64,000 nt of DNA from an uncultured Zetaproteobacteria bacterium (GTDB taxonomy: Bacteria; Pseudomonadota; Zetaproteobacteria; Mariprofundales; Mariprofundaceae), in the NCBI GenBank assembly GCA_964422615.1, contig CAYRBJ010000001.1, positions 1,025-65,024 of the forward strand. The letters are read 5' to 3'. A program made the translations under genes and the position numbers. This document shows, one piece after another, positions 48,848 through 59,074 of this stretch (position 1 is the stretch's first letter; each line of letters opens with the position of its first letter). The notes under the pieces are model-generated. The model did no database searches and was not told the DNA's origin. It was given only the letters and a program-made list of their open reading frames with translations.

Positions 48848-51265
48848 CTATGCCTGGGTTTCGCCCATCTCCTTCAGGCAGCGCTGGATCGCCCGTTTCA
48901 TGGCCTTACCGTCCTGGAAGCGGCTGGCCGGCTTCTTCTGCATGGCCCTGTCCACCAGTCGCTTGATACACGCGGGCAGTTCGGGTCGCAGAGCCGTGAT
49001 GTCCGGGTGTTTGTCATTAACCACCTGGTAGGAGATGGCGGCCAGGGAATCGCCGTTGAAGGGCTTTTGACCGGACAGCAGCACGAACAGCGTGACGCCG
49101 AGCGAGAAGATGTCCGAGCGACCGTCGACGGGTTTGCCGATCATCTGTTCGGGCGACATGAAGCTCGGTGTTCCGAGGATGGTGCCGGTTTTTGTGTGGC
49201 CACCCGAGGTGATGCGCGCGATGCCGAAGTCGGTGACCTTGATGGAATGCCCCTGCTCATTGTACATCAGGTTGGCCGGCTTGATATCACGATGCACGAT
49301 GCCCTGGGCATGGGCGTAATCGAGGGCATCGGCGGCCTGCATGCCGATGTTCAATACGGTGGTGATGGGCAGCAGCTTGCCTTTTTTGATATAGCGGGTG
49401 AGCGGCGTGCCCTGGATGTATTCCATGGCGATGAAGGCCAGATCGTGCTCCTCGGCGGCATCATAGATGGTGACGATGTGGGGGTGGTTCAAACGGCCGG
49501 CGGCGCTGGCCTCATGGAAGAACCGCTTCTCCGCCTCGCCGACCTCGTCGCCGGCGAATTCTTTGGACAGGGCCATCGTCTTGATGGCAACGGTACGGCC
49601 AATCTTGGGATCCTGTCCGAGATAGACGGCGCCCATCGCGCCCTTGCCCAGCTCCTTCTCGATCACGTAGCGGCCCAGCATCGGTTTCTCGCCCCCGCCA
49701 TCCAGTGCCAGCATGCCGCCGGATGAGGTCTGGAAGCGATCGGTGCCGAGGGCGGCCGACTTGGCCATGGCCCTGGTCTGGGTCAGGCGTGTCGCAGCAT
49801 CCCTGAACCGAGGCCGGTGCTGCAGGATATGCTGATAGACGGTCTCGGCCGTGTTGAATTTGCGCTTGCGCTCGAAATCCAGGGCCAGATTGTAGAGCAA
49901 CTCTAGATTGTCGTTGGTGACCGGCAGCTTCTGGAAGCGTTCCAGCGCCATCTCCAGCTTGCCCTGATCCTGCAGGGCCAGCCCAAGCTGCCGGTTGGAG
50001 TGGGCGGAATCGGCAAGCTCCCGCAGATGCTGGGCCCGATACAGCCGCAGCATGCCGAGGATGGGAAAGCCGGTGACCAGCAGGGTCAGCGGGGCGCCGG
50101 TCTGCAGCCAGAGCTGCCGGCCAAGCAACAGGTACAGCTCCATGCCCACCAGCCCGAAGATCAGCAGCAGCACGGTGACGGAGAACAGGGTCATGCCCAA
50201 CCGGGGTAGCACGAAGGCAAGCAGCAGCGCCAGCAGCATGAACGTGCCGAGTTCGACCCATGGCAGCGCCGCCGGCCGTCGGTACATGCCCCGGTTGAGG
50301 ATACTGGCGACGGCCTGGGCCACATGCTCTGCCACATCCATCCGACTGCCCAGCGGCGACAGGTAGCGCATGCCCGATTGCGGACTGACCAGCACGATGC
50401 CCCGTCGGAAGACGGACGGGGATACGTGGCCGGCCAGCACGTCGGCGGCGGCATAACGCCTGAACGTCGGCTTGCCGTTTTTCCGCTGGTAATAGCTCGG
50501 GAACAGGGTTGGCCGGGAGCTCACGGCTGTCGGTGTCCGGCCGAGGGTGCGGGCTGCCAGCAGCAGCGGCAGGGTCGGCTCACGATGGCCCTGTATCCGC
50601 CACCACAGCGGCATGGCACGTACCACACCGTCGTCATCACGCCACAGCGCCAGCGGCGCCTGGCCGGCGGCGGTCTTGGTGAAGTCCGGCATGGGTGGCG
50701 AGATCTGGCTTGTCTCCAATGGCACAAGATGGCGATGCAGGCCCCACAGAGCATAGAATCGCGCTGACAGGCCCTGCGCTGCCGTCGTTCCGGCCGGGTT
50801 GGATGCCAGGATGACATCCCCGGCCCTATGGATGGCCAGCCGCAGTTCTTCATCGACATCGAGATGCCGCTTGGCCCTGGCGATCATGCCATCGAGCCTG
50901 ATCGCAGCCCTGCGGGGCAGGCGGGCTCGCGCGATATAGGCATGCATCTCATCGAGGAAGGGAATCGCGGGGTCACGCTGGATCCGGTTCAGGGGCAGCA
51001 TCAGGGCAATGCTTCTGGGCTTCGCCCGTGCAAGCCGTTCCAGTAGCCGGGCTGCGGTCAGGCGCAGCGCCGCCGGCGTACCGCTGCCCAGATCGATCAG
51101 GGCGATGCGCCCGGCTCCGTCGGCATGCCGTTGCTTAAGTCCCTGGCTGAAATCGTACAGGCGTCCATCGATCCAGCGGATTGGCAGCAGACCAGCCAGG
51201 TCGGCGAGCAGAATGGCCAGGGCCAGGATCAGCACCACGAACCAGTCTTTTGTCAATATGCGCAT
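48848..51265 (-). CDS. CHASE2 sensor - TM - TPR - Ser/Thr protein kinase
   Basis: N-terminal CHASE2-like region with flanking TMs, TPR-like LGLALQDQGKLEMALERFQK...YNLALDFERKRKF, and a C-terminal Hanks kinase (GKGAMGAVY, VAIK, HRDIKPANL, DFGIAR). The start is at MRILTKDW. Confidence 0.88.
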   Translation of the reverse strand: MRILTKDWFVVLILALAILLADLAGLLPIRWIDGRLYDFSQGLKQRHADGAGRIALIDLGSGTPAALRLTAARLLERLARAKPRSIALMLPLNRIQRDPAIPFLDEMHAYIARARLPRRAAIRLDGMIARAKRHLDVDEELRLAIHRAGDVILASNPAGTTAAQGLSARFYALWGLHRHLVPLETSQISPPMPDFTKTAAGQAPLALWRDDDGVVRAMPLWWRIQGHREPTLPLLLAARTLGRTPTAVSSRPTLFPSYYQRKNGKPTFRRYAAADVLAGHVSPSVFRRGIVLVSPQSGMRYLSPLGSRMDVAEHVAQAVASILNRGMYRRPAALPWVELGTFMLLALLLAFVLPRLGMTLFSVTVLLLIFGLVGMELYLLLGRQLWLQTGAPLTLLVTGFPILGMLRLYRAQHLRELADSAHSNRQLGLALQDQGKLEMALERFQKLPVTNDNLELLYNLALDFERKRKFNTAETVYQHILQHRPRFRDAATRLTQTRAMAKSAALGTDRFQTSSGGMLALDGGGEKPMLGRYVIEKELGKGAMGAVYLGQDPKIGRTVAIKTMALSKEFAGDEVGEAEKRFFHEASAAGRLNHPHIVTIYDAAEEHDLAFIAMEYIQGTPLTRYIKKGKLLPITTVLNIGMQAADALDYAHAQGIVHRDIKPANLMYNEQGHSIKVTDFGIARITSGGHTKTGTILGTPSFMSPEQMIGKPVDGRSDIFSLGVTLFVLLSGQKPFNGDSLAAISYQVVNDKHPDITALRPELPACIKRLVDRAMQKKPASRFQDGKAMKRAIQRCLKEMGETQA

Positions 51266-51355
51266 GCGCGTTCTTTCCCCCACCCCGTTTGTAATCGTCC
51301 GGCTGGGCGGAAACGGTGAGCCCTGCCACAAAATAGCCGGAACGGCGCTTTTAGA

Positions 51356-52297
51356 TCAGCCCAGCATAGCCAGCCAGACGGGCAGGGTCAGCATGGACAT
51401 GGCGGTGGACACGGTCACGGCCTCGGCATACAGGCCGGAATCGAGCCGGAAACGGTCGCAGAACACCAGGCCCAGCACCATGCTCGGCATGGCCGCTTCG
51501 ACCAATACCGGCGTGCGCAGCCTGGCCGGCATGCCGACGATATGGCACATGCCCCAGGCGATCAGCGGCATCAGCGCCAGTTGGATCACCAGCGCCGGGA
51601 ACAGCACCGGGATGCGCCCGGCCCAACCCGACTGCCAGCGCATGGCCATGCCGACCGATACCAGCATCAGCGGTACCACCGCCGATCCCAGCGTGGCCAG
51701 GGTATGATCCAGCCATGTTGGCTGGTGGACGGACAGGATACTCAGGATAAGGCCGGCAGCGGCGGCCCATAATGCCGGCACGCGCGCCAAATCCAGGAGC
51801 AGATGCGCTGTGCCGGCCTTGGTACCGAAATGCCTGGCGACAAGGACGCCGACTGTGAACAGCAACGGGGTGCTGGCGAGCAGGTCGAACTGGATGGCGA
51901 CGAACTGTGACCAGGGGCCGAAGGTCTGGGTCAGCACCGGCAGGCCGAGGTAGGTAAAATTGCCGAAGGCGGCGGCGAGCAGTAGCGCCCCGATGGAGGG
52001 CTTGGCACGGTGACGGCCGCCCATGAAGGCGCGGACCAGCCTGCCGTTGCCGTAGATCATGGCGGCGGCGAGCAGGCTCAGCAGTACGCAGGCCGCGGCG
52101 ACGACGGGGATGCGCACGGCATTCAGGTTGACCGGTGTCTGCCACATCACGTGCAGCACCAGCGCCGGCAGGAATACCTGATAGACGGCTTGCGCCAGGT
52201 GCGCGCGCACGGTTTCCGCTAAGCTGCCACTGAGAAACAGGCGCCAGCCGATACCGACCAGTATAATGGCAGCCATGCCGAACAGGATGGACAACAT
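51356..52297 (-). CDS. AEC (auxin efflux carrier) family transporter
   Basis: About 10 TM segments; the start was chosen at MLSILFGMAAIILVGIGW. The 370-aa ORF is an upstream extension. Confidence 0.8.
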   Translation of the reverse strand: MLSILFGMAAIILVGIGWRLFLSGSLAETVRAHLAQAVYQVFLPALVLHVMWQTPVNLNAVRIPVVAAACVLLSLLAAAMIYGNGRLVRAFMGGRHRAKPSIGALLLAAAFGNFTYLGLPVLTQTFGPWSQFVAIQFDLLASTPLLFTVGVLVARHFGTKAGTAHLLLDLARVPALWAAAAGLILSILSVHQPTWLDHTLATLGSAVVPLMLVSVGMAMRWQSGWAGRIPVLFPALVIQLALMPLIAWGMCHIVGMPARLRTPVLVEAAMPSMVLGLVFCDRFRLDSGLYAEAVTVSTAMSMLTLPVWLAMLG

Positions 52298-52375
52298 GCG
52301 GCGGATGTTAGCGGCAGGCGGCTCGGATGACAGCGATTGCTTGCATGCGGGGCCTCGTCCCGCTTCAATGCTCGC

Positions 52376-54217
52376 ATGCTGAACAAAATCCGTCAGGTGG
52401 AGGAGCGGATTGCGGGGGTGATGCCTGGGATGCGTCGCCTGCGTTCGCGCTTGTCGGTCTGGGTGCATGAACAGGATACGCTGTACCTGAGCGGTCTGGC
52501 GATCCTGGTCGGCATCCTATCCGGTTACGGCGCCCTGTTGCTTCGCTTCGGCATCGAATGGGTGAGCCTGGCATGGACCAAGCAACGCATTTGGGAGAAT
52601 GCGATGCATACCCTCCCCTGGTACATCTACATCGCCGCACCGGTGCTCGGTGGCCTGGCCGCAGGCTGGATCAACACCCGCTGGCTGCCGGCTGGGCAGG
52701 CTCGCGGCGTGGCCGGCGTGCTCGAATCCCTGTCCGAACGCAGTGGGCGCATCGATGGTCGGCATTCATCCAGCGATACCGTCAGTTCCATTCTCGGTGT
52801 GGGCAGCGGCGCCAGTGCCGGCCGCGAGGGTCCGACGGTGGCCCTGGGCGCCGCCATTGCCTCCCACATCGGCCAGCGCCTGAAACTGAGCGAGCAGCAG
52901 ATGCGCACCCTGATCGGCTGCGGCGTGGCCTCCGGCATCGCCTCCTCGTTCAATGCCCCCATCGCCGGCGTGCTGTTTGCGCTGGAGGTGATCCTGGCCG
53001 ACTATGCGATCAGCACCTTCAGCCCCATCGTCATCTCCTCCGTGATCGCCACGGTGATCACGCGCGCCGAGCTGGGCAATTTCCCGGCCTTCACCATCCC
53101 CGAATACCGCCTGGTTTCGGGCTGGGAGATTCCGCTCTATGTCGGCCTCGGCGTTTTCTGCGGCCTGCTGGCCGTTTCCTGGATCAAGATCATGCCGCCG
53201 ATCCGCCGGCGGCTGGATTCCTTTGTTACGAATCCGGTTTATCGGCCGGCAGCGGCGGGTCTGGTGTTGGGTCTGTGCGCCCTCGTTGTTCCCCAGATCA
53301 TGTCGGTTGGCTATGGCACCGTCGATTCGATGCTGTGGGAGCGCCTTGACCCGACGCTGCTGCACTGGGCGTTGCCGGTCACCGTGTTCCTGGCGGCGGT
53401 GCTTGCGGCCAAGGTGTTTGCCACTGCGCTGTGCGCCGCCGGCGGCTTCGGCGGCGGCGAGATCGGTCCGTCGATCTTCATCGGCGCCACCGCCGGCGCC
53501 CTGTACGGGGGCGTGGTCCATCACCTGATGCCGTTCATCTCCGAGACCTACGGCGGCTATGCGCTGGTGGCGGCCGGCGCCATGATGGCCGCCGCCCTGC
53601 AGGCGCCGATGACGACGATCCTGATGGTGTTCGAGATGTCCGGTGATTACCACATCATGGTGCCGCTGATGGCCTCCTGCATCGTGGCCACGCTGGTCAA
53701 GCGCGCCTTCGGCAACGAATCGGTGTTCACCGAGGTGCTGGAGGCCAAGGGCATCGACACGGCCTGGACGCGGGAGCGCTCCTGGATGCGTGCCGTGCCG
53801 GTGCGCAAGATTCCCTGGCGCTCGACGCCGGAGGTGTCGGAGCATGCCAGGCTGGAGGAGCTGAAAAGGGTCTATGTGTCTTCCGGCAAGGGTTGCGTGC
53901 AGGTGGTGGATGACGATGGTCTGATGATCGGCATCGTCACCTTCAGCGACCTGCAGCAGTGGCTGCTCGATCCGACGCTGGATCACATCGTGCTGGCCAG
54001 CGAGGTGGCCAACCGCAACATCTCGGTGATCTCCGAGGACGGCAACCTGTTGCAGGCCATCAATATGTTCGACCGCGAGAGCTTCGAACAAATGCCGGTG
54101 GTGGCCTACGACAACCCCCGCCGCGTGCTCGGCATCCTGTCACGCAATGCCGTGTTCTCGACCTACCATGCGCTGATCGTCAAGCATGGCGAGGAGTCAG
54201 CGGGCGAACATGGCTGA
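52376..54217 (+). CDS. ClC voltage-gated chloride channel / H+-Cl- antiporter with a C-terminal CBS pair
   Basis: GSGASAGREGPTV, GVLFALEV and GFGGGEIGPS motifs, with CBS domains at the C-terminus. The start is uncertain (52337 or 52376). Confidence 0.9.
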   Translation: MLNKIRQVEERIAGVMPGMRRLRSRLSVWVHEQDTLYLSGLAILVGILSGYGALLLRFGIEWVSLAWTKQRIWENAMHTLPWYIYIAAPVLGGLAAGWINTRWLPAGQARGVAGVLESLSERSGRIDGRHSSSDTVSSILGVGSGASAGREGPTVALGAAIASHIGQRLKLSEQQMRTLIGCGVASGIASSFNAPIAGVLFALEVILADYAISTFSPIVISSVIATVITRAELGNFPAFTIPEYRLVSGWEIPLYVGLGVFCGLLAVSWIKIMPPIRRRLDSFVTNPVYRPAAAGLVLGLCALVVPQIMSVGYGTVDSMLWERLDPTLLHWALPVTVFLAAVLAAKVFATALCAAGGFGGGEIGPSIFIGATAGALYGGVVHHLMPFISETYGGYALVAAGAMMAAALQAPMTTILMVFEMSGDYHIMVPLMASCIVATLVKRAFGNESVFTEVLEAKGIDTAWTRERSWMRAVPVRKIPWRSTPEVSEHARLEELKRVYVSSGKGCVQVVDDDGLMIGIVTFSDLQQWLLDPTLDHIVLASEVANRNISVISEDGNLLQAINMFDRESFEQMPVVAYDNPRRVLGILSRNAVFSTYHALIVKHGEESAGEHG

Positions 54218-56303
54218 ATTGAGCCCGGCACAACAGCGCGCCGTGGAGGCTGGCGAAGGGCCGCAGCTGATCCTGGCCGGGGCCGGATCGGGCAAGACCC
54301 GCACCATCGTGCACCGCATCGGCCATCTGATCAGCAGCCGACGCATCGCCCCGCACCGCATCCTGGCCGTGACGTTCACCAACAAGGCGGCGGCGGAGCT
54401 GAAGCACCGGCTTTCGATGCTGATCGGGGACGATGGCGGCGGCGTGGTGTCCGGCACCTTTCATGCCATTTCCCTGCGTTTCCTGCGCCGCTATGCCGAG
54501 CGTCTCGGTTTTCCCCGCGATTTCCAGGTCATCGATGCCGATGACCAGAAGACGCTGGTCAAGCGCCTGCTGAAGGCTCGCAACATCGACAGCGAACGCC
54601 TGCATCCGGGCTATCTGCTGGTCTGGATCGAACACTGCAAGCACGCGGGGCTGACGCCGGAACAGGCACCGGAGCAGATGTGGAACGGCATCGACCTCGG
54701 CGGGCTGTATACGGAGTACCAGCAGGCGCTCCGAAATCTCGAGCGCATGGATTTCTCCGATTTGATCCTGAACGTGGTGCGCCTGATGCAGGATGCACCG
54801 GATGTGGCGGCGGCGCTGGGTTCACGCTTCGACTATGTGCTGGTCGACGAATACCAGGATACGAACCCGGCACAGCACCAGTGGTTGACGCTGCTGTGTC
54901 GCGGGCACGGCAACCTCACGGTCGTCGGCGATGATGACCAGTCGATCTACGGCTGGCGGGGCGCGGATGTGCGCCACATCCTCGAATTCGAGCAGGTGTG
55001 GCCAGGGGCCGAGGTGCACAGACTGGAGCAGAACTACCGCTCGCACGGTGCCATCCTCAAGCTGGCCAATGCGGTGATCCGCGCCAATCCCGAACGGCAC
55101 GAGAAACAGCTGAAGCCGACGCGCGGGGCCGGGGAACGGCCGCTCTGGCGCATCTGTCACGACGAATACGACGAGGCGAGAAAGATTCTGGGCTGCCTGG
55201 AGGATCGCCACCGCCATGGGGTGCCCTGGGCCGACATGGCGGTGCTGTACCGATCCAACCGCCAGTCGCTGCCGCTGGAGCAGGTGCTGCGCGAGCAGGG
55301 TGTTCCGTACCGCATCATCGGTGGCGTTGGCTTCTTCGAGCGTATGGAAATCAAGGATGCGTTGGCCTACTGGGCCATTCTGAACCGCTGTGGTGATCAC
55401 ATGCACCTCTTGCGCATCTGCAATACGCCCAAGCGTGGCATCGGCGCCAAGGGCCAGGAACAGCTGGCCGCGCAAGTGTCCGCCTCCGGCCTGCGCGCCG
55501 CCGACTGGCTCGATACGCAGGCTGAGGGCGGAATCGGGCCGGCCGCGAAGCTGGTGGAACTGGCACGTGAGCTGCAGGCGTTGCGCTCGCACATCGAAGA
55601 CATGCCGGACCGGGGGATGGGCGCCATCCTTGAGGCGGTGGGCTATGACCAGGTGCTGCAGGCGCACGGAGAACTCGAGGCCGAGTCGCGCCGCGAGAAT
55701 GTGCGTACGCTACAGCAGTATATCGAGATGTCGCTGGCCGAAGGTTTGAGCCCGGTGGAGTTCATGGACCGGGCGGCATTGCTGCAGACTGGTGAGGAAC
55801 AGGGCGAGGATGAGGAGGAAGGCGTGTCGCTGATGAGCCTGCACCGGGCCAAGGGCCTGGAATTCGATACGGTGGTGCTGGCCGGCGTCGAGGAGGGGCT
55901 GTTGCCGCACCAGCGGGCGCTGGACGAGGGTGAGGCCGGGGTAGCCGAGGAGCGGCGGCTTTTGTATGTCGGCATTACGCGTGCGCGCAACCATCTGATG
56001 CTGACCTCGGCACGCGTACGCCGCTTCTTCGGCGACATGACCTATCCCCAGCCGAGCCGCTTTCTGCGCCAGATTCCGCCGGAGGTGCTGGGCCGCGACG
56101 AAGGGGCGGCGATGCCGGCCGCAGTGGCCACCCCGGTGCCCCCGGGGCTCAACCTCGGCGCCGGCGTGCGCCATCCCACCTTCGGCGAGGGCGTGATCCT
56201 TGCCTTGGAGGGGGCGGGCGACGCCATGCGCGTCACCGTGCAGTTCCGTCAGGCCGGCATCAAGCGCCTGATGCTGAAGTATGCGGCACTCGAACCGATT
56301 TGA
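54210..56303 (+). CDS. uvrD: ATP-dependent DNA helicase, UvrD/PcrA family
   Basis: ILAGAGSGKTRT, VDEYQDTN, and a C-terminal HPTFGEGVI. Confidence 0.92.
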   Translation: MAELSPAQQRAVEAGEGPQLILAGAGSGKTRTIVHRIGHLISSRRIAPHRILAVTFTNKAAAELKHRLSMLIGDDGGGVVSGTFHAISLRFLRRYAERLGFPRDFQVIDADDQKTLVKRLLKARNIDSERLHPGYLLVWIEHCKHAGLTPEQAPEQMWNGIDLGGLYTEYQQALRNLERMDFSDLILNVVRLMQDAPDVAAALGSRFDYVLVDEYQDTNPAQHQWLTLLCRGHGNLTVVGDDDQSIYGWRGADVRHILEFEQVWPGAEVHRLEQNYRSHGAILKLANAVIRANPERHEKQLKPTRGAGERPLWRICHDEYDEARKILGCLEDRHRHGVPWADMAVLYRSNRQSLPLEQVLREQGVPYRIIGGVGFFERMEIKDALAYWAILNRCGDHMHLLRICNTPKRGIGAKGQEQLAAQVSASGLRAADWLDTQAEGGIGPAAKLVELARELQALRSHIEDMPDRGMGAILEAVGYDQVLQAHGELEAESRRENVRTLQQYIEMSLAEGLSPVEFMDRAALLQTGEEQGEDEEEGVSLMSLHRAKGLEFDTVVLAGVEEGLLPHQRALDEGEAGVAEERRLLYVGITRARNHLMLTSARVRRFFGDMTYPQPSRFLRQIPPEVLGRDEGAAMPAAVATPVPPGLNLGAGVRHPTFGEGVILALEGAGDAMRVTVQFRQAGIKRLMLKYAALEPI

Positions 56304-56322
56304 TTGGAAATCAGGAGTAACC

Positions 56323-56667
56323 ATGACCATTCGCATCTTGCACAATCCCCGCTGTTCCAAATCCCGCCAGGCGTTGGCGTTGCTGCAGACGCAGGGCATT
56401 GAGCCCGAGGTCGTCGAGTATCTGAAGACGCCACCCGATGCGGTGGAGCTGGATCGCATCCTCAAGGCGCTGGACATGGAGCCCGAGGCGCTGATGCGCA
56501 AGGGAGAGGATGTCTACAAGGAGTTGGTCAAGGGCAAACGGCGCAGTCGCGCCCAGCTGATCGATCTGATGGTGCGCCATCCGATCCTGATCGAGCGCCC
56601 CATTGTCATCAACGGCGACAAGGCCGCCCTCGGCCGTCCGCCGGAGGCCGTACTGGCCATCCTGTAG
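56323..56667 (+). CDS. arsC: ArsC-family reductase (YfgD-like, glutaredoxin-type fold)
   Basis: ILHNPRCSKSRQALALL with the catalytic Cys context. AGGAG precedes the ATG. Confidence 0.85.
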   Translation: MTIRILHNPRCSKSRQALALLQTQGIEPEVVEYLKTPPDAVELDRILKALDMEPEALMRKGEDVYKELVKGKRRSRAQLIDLMVRHPILIERPIVINGDKAALGRPPEAVLAIL

Positions 56668-56676
56668 CAGGCGGGT

Positions 56677-57399
56677 CTAGCCGGCCGCCTCCAGTTCCCG
56701 GGTGGTCGATTCGATCTCCATCTGCAACCGCTGCAGCAACTCGCCGCGCTTGGTGGCCTGGACGTCTTCGGCGGAGATGTAAGGCAGAAACCGCACACGG
56801 ATGGTGCCCGGGCGCTTGACGAAGCCGTGCTTCGGCCAGTGCTGGCCGGCATTGTGCGCCATCGGCAGGATGCCCACCCCCGCCTGCTGGGCCAGCATGA
56901 TGCCGCTGGCCTGGTACTGGCCGCTTTTGCCCGGTGTCGAGCGCGTGCCCTCCGGGAAGATCACCACCCAGCGCCCCTGTTCCAGGAAGCGCTTGCCCTG
57001 CGTCAGCACCTGCTTCAGTGCCTCGCGCGGCTGACTGCGCCGGATGGCGATGGCGTTCAGCGCCCACAGGGCCCAGCCAAAGATCGGGATGTAAAACAGT
57101 TCGCGCTTGAGCACCCAGACGAAGGGAGGGATCAGGCGGGGCATGGCGATGGTCTCGAATGCCGACTGGTGCTTGGACATGACCACGCAGGGGATATCCG
57201 GCAGCTGTTCGCGGCCTTCGATGACCACGCGCACGCCGCAGATCAGGCGCAGCGAGCCAAGGATCAGGGCGGTCCACGCCCGCCCCCAGAACCAGGCGGC
57301 AGCGAAGCCGAACGGACGGGAGGCGATCAGCAGCAAGGAGAATACGCCGGTGAGCAGGAAGAACACCCCATTGAACAGCGTGGAGCGGATCAGCTGCAT
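56677..57399 (-). CDS. plsC: 1-acyl-sn-glycerol-3-phosphate acyltransferase
   Basis: HQSAFE and FPEGTR motifs. Confidence 0.92.
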   Translation of the reverse strand: MQLIRSTLFNGVFFLLTGVFSLLLIASRPFGFAAAWFWGRAWTALILGSLRLICGVRVVIEGREQLPDIPCVVMSKHQSAFETIAMPRLIPPFVWVLKRELFYIPIFGWALWALNAIAIRRSQPREALKQVLTQGKRFLEQGRWVVIFPEGTRSTPGKSGQYQASGIMLAQQAGVGILPMAHNAGQHWPKHGFVKRPGTIRVRFLPYISAEDVQATKRGELLQRLQMEIESTTRELEAAG

Positions 57400-57959
57400 G
57401 TTGCCTCCTGCAGCAAGGTGCCGACGGCCGCGGCCAGATCATCGTAGACGCGGATGTCCGGTACCAGGCGCCGGGACTTGGACAGGATGGTCTGAACATC
57501 TCCATAACCGGTGCGTACCAGCACCGGACGGACGCCGACGGCCACTGCCGCCTCCACGTCGCGCGCCGAATCGCCGACCATGATCGTGTCTTTTGCGTCG
57601 GTAATGCCCAGCGCCTGCAACGCGTCGATCAGCAAGCCAGGCTTGGGCTTGCGGCAGTCGCAACCATCCTCCGGTGCATGCGGGCAGTAGGCGGTGTGGG
57701 CGATGCGGCCGCCGGCCGCCTCGACGGCGGCGATCATCCGATCGTGGATCGCCTGCATCGTGGCGGCATCGAACATGCCTCGGCCGAGCGCCGACTGGTT
57801 GCTGACGATGGCCACGGGAATGCCGGCATGGGTCAGGGCGGCGATGGCCTGCAGGCTGCCGGGAATCGGCCGCCACTGCTCCGGGGTCAGGATGTAATCC
57901 GGAGAATCGAAGTTGATCACGCCATCGCGGTCGAGCAATACGGCTTTCGGTCTGTGCAT
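57390..57959 (-). CDS. gmhB: D-glycero-beta-D-manno-heptose 1,7-bisphosphate 7-phosphatase
   Basis: LLDRDGVIN, Zn-site C..H......C.C (YCPHAPEDGCDCRKPKPG), and GDSARD. Confidence 0.9.
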   Translation of the reverse strand: MHRPKAVLLDRDGVINFDSPDYILTPEQWRPIPGSLQAIAALTHAGIPVAIVSNQSALGRGMFDAATMQAIHDRMIAAVEAAGGRIAHTAYCPHAPEDGCDCRKPKPGLLIDALQALGITDAKDTIMVGDSARDVEAAVAVGVRPVLVRTGYGDVQTILSKSRRLVPDIRVYDDLAAAVGTLLQEATCS

Positions 57960-58005
57960 GGCGGAACGGTACGGTCAGACTGTCCCAAAGAAAAGTGCTG
58001 GGGTG

Positions 58006-58281
58006 TCAGCGCTCGGCACGGCCCTTCTCTTTTTCCCTCGTCTCCCGACGCTTCTTCGAGCGCTGCAGGCGCTGCTGATGCATTTCCTTGGTTTCCCTGA
58101 AGCCGTTCATCTCGAAGGCACGACCGTAGGCGTTCAGCGCCCCCATGCCCTGGAAATGGCAGGTGCGGCAATCGGCGTGAATCTGGCGCGAAAAGGCCGG
58201 GATCGCTTGCACCTTCGCGGGCACGATCAGCGACCATCCCAGGCCGAGGATGGCAGTGGCTCCGGCAAGGCGGGTGCGCAT
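58006..58281 (-). CDS. Mini secreted CXXCH protein (91 aa) with a highly basic tail
   Basis: Signal peptide MRTRLAGATAILGLGWSLIVPAKVQA, then IPAFSRQIHADCRTCHFQ...LNAYGRAFEMNGF and the tail QQRLQRSKKRRETREKEKGRAER. The ATG lies 2 nt after the stop of the upstream methyltransferase. Confidence 0.6.
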   Translation of the reverse strand: MRTRLAGATAILGLGWSLIVPAKVQAIPAFSRQIHADCRTCHFQGMGALNAYGRAFEMNGFRETKEMHQQRLQRSKKRRETREKEKGRAER

Positions 58282-58283
58282 CG

Positions 58284-58970
58284 TCACGGCGCCAGACGCT
58301 GCCCGATGAAAATCACCGATGCCGGCTGCTGCGAATCGGGATGTACCGGTTCGCGCAACTCGATGAGCCGGAAGCCGTAATCCGCGAACAGCCGTGTCCA
58401 GCTTTCCAGCGTTCTGAAATACCACGGCGCAGGATCGGAGAAAACGGCACCGAACCCGGACCACGAACCCTGCCGCCAGCCATCCCGGTACGGCAGCTCG
58501 CCGCATGCCATGGCTGGATGCAGCGTCTGCACGATCAACGAGCCGCGCGGGTTCAGCAGCGACGGCGCGGCCGCGAATACACCCTCGACCGATTCCCTGC
58601 CGAGCAGCGAGAAGTTGCAAACGATCGCATCGACCGAAGTCACAAGCTCGCCGGCCGCGATCTGTTCGTAGGACAGCACGCGAAAATCCCCGCCCCCCGC
58701 CTCTCGAGCTGCTTCGATGAGCTGATCGATGGCGTCCACGCCTTTCGCTTCGATGCGGTGCCGGGCCAGTTCGCGCACGAGCCATCCCTCGCCGCAACCA
58801 ACATCGAGCACCGAGCGCGGTGAACAGTCGAGGATCGCATCGACGATCGCCTGATCGGTCACCAGTCTGCGACTATCGATACGCCCCTCACGTACCGCAG
58901 CGGTCCACGGCACGGCATTCTTCCCCCACGATTCGAGGATTTTTTCGTCACTCAAAGGACACGCGTTCAT
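58284..58970 (-). CDS. Class I SAM-dependent methyltransferase
   Basis: VLDVGCGEGWL motif I. GGAGG precedes ATG 58970. Confidence 0.85.
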   Translation of the reverse strand: MNACPLSDEKILESWGKNAVPWTAAVREGRIDSRRLVTDQAIVDAILDCSPRSVLDVGCGEGWLVRELARHRIEAKGVDAIDQLIEAAREAGGGDFRVLSYEQIAAGELVTSVDAIVCNFSLLGRESVEGVFAAAPSLLNPRGSLIVQTLHPAMACGELPYRDGWRQGSWSGFGAVFSDPAPWYFRTLESWTRLFADYGFRLIELREPVHPDSQQPASVIFIGQRLAP

Positions 58971-59074
58971 TCGGCCTCCGGTCGGTCGGTAAGCCAGCAT
59001 AGCAAAGCGCTATAGGCAGCAACAGAAAGGGGTGCCCAAGCGCCCCCCGCATAACCGCGGGCGGTTCCGTTCGA

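Noticed and set aside
52766-54091. 441-aa minus-strand ORF
   Set aside because: It is antisense to the ClC channel gene. The product is His/Arg/Gly/Asp-rich and low complexity.
58282-58797. Upstream 172 residues of the 263-aa minus-strand ORF
   Set aside because: It is an out-of-frame overlap with the SAM methyltransferase gene and is Arg-rich nonsense. Only the last 91 codons, starting at an ATG 2 nt after the methyltransferase stop, look like a real gene.
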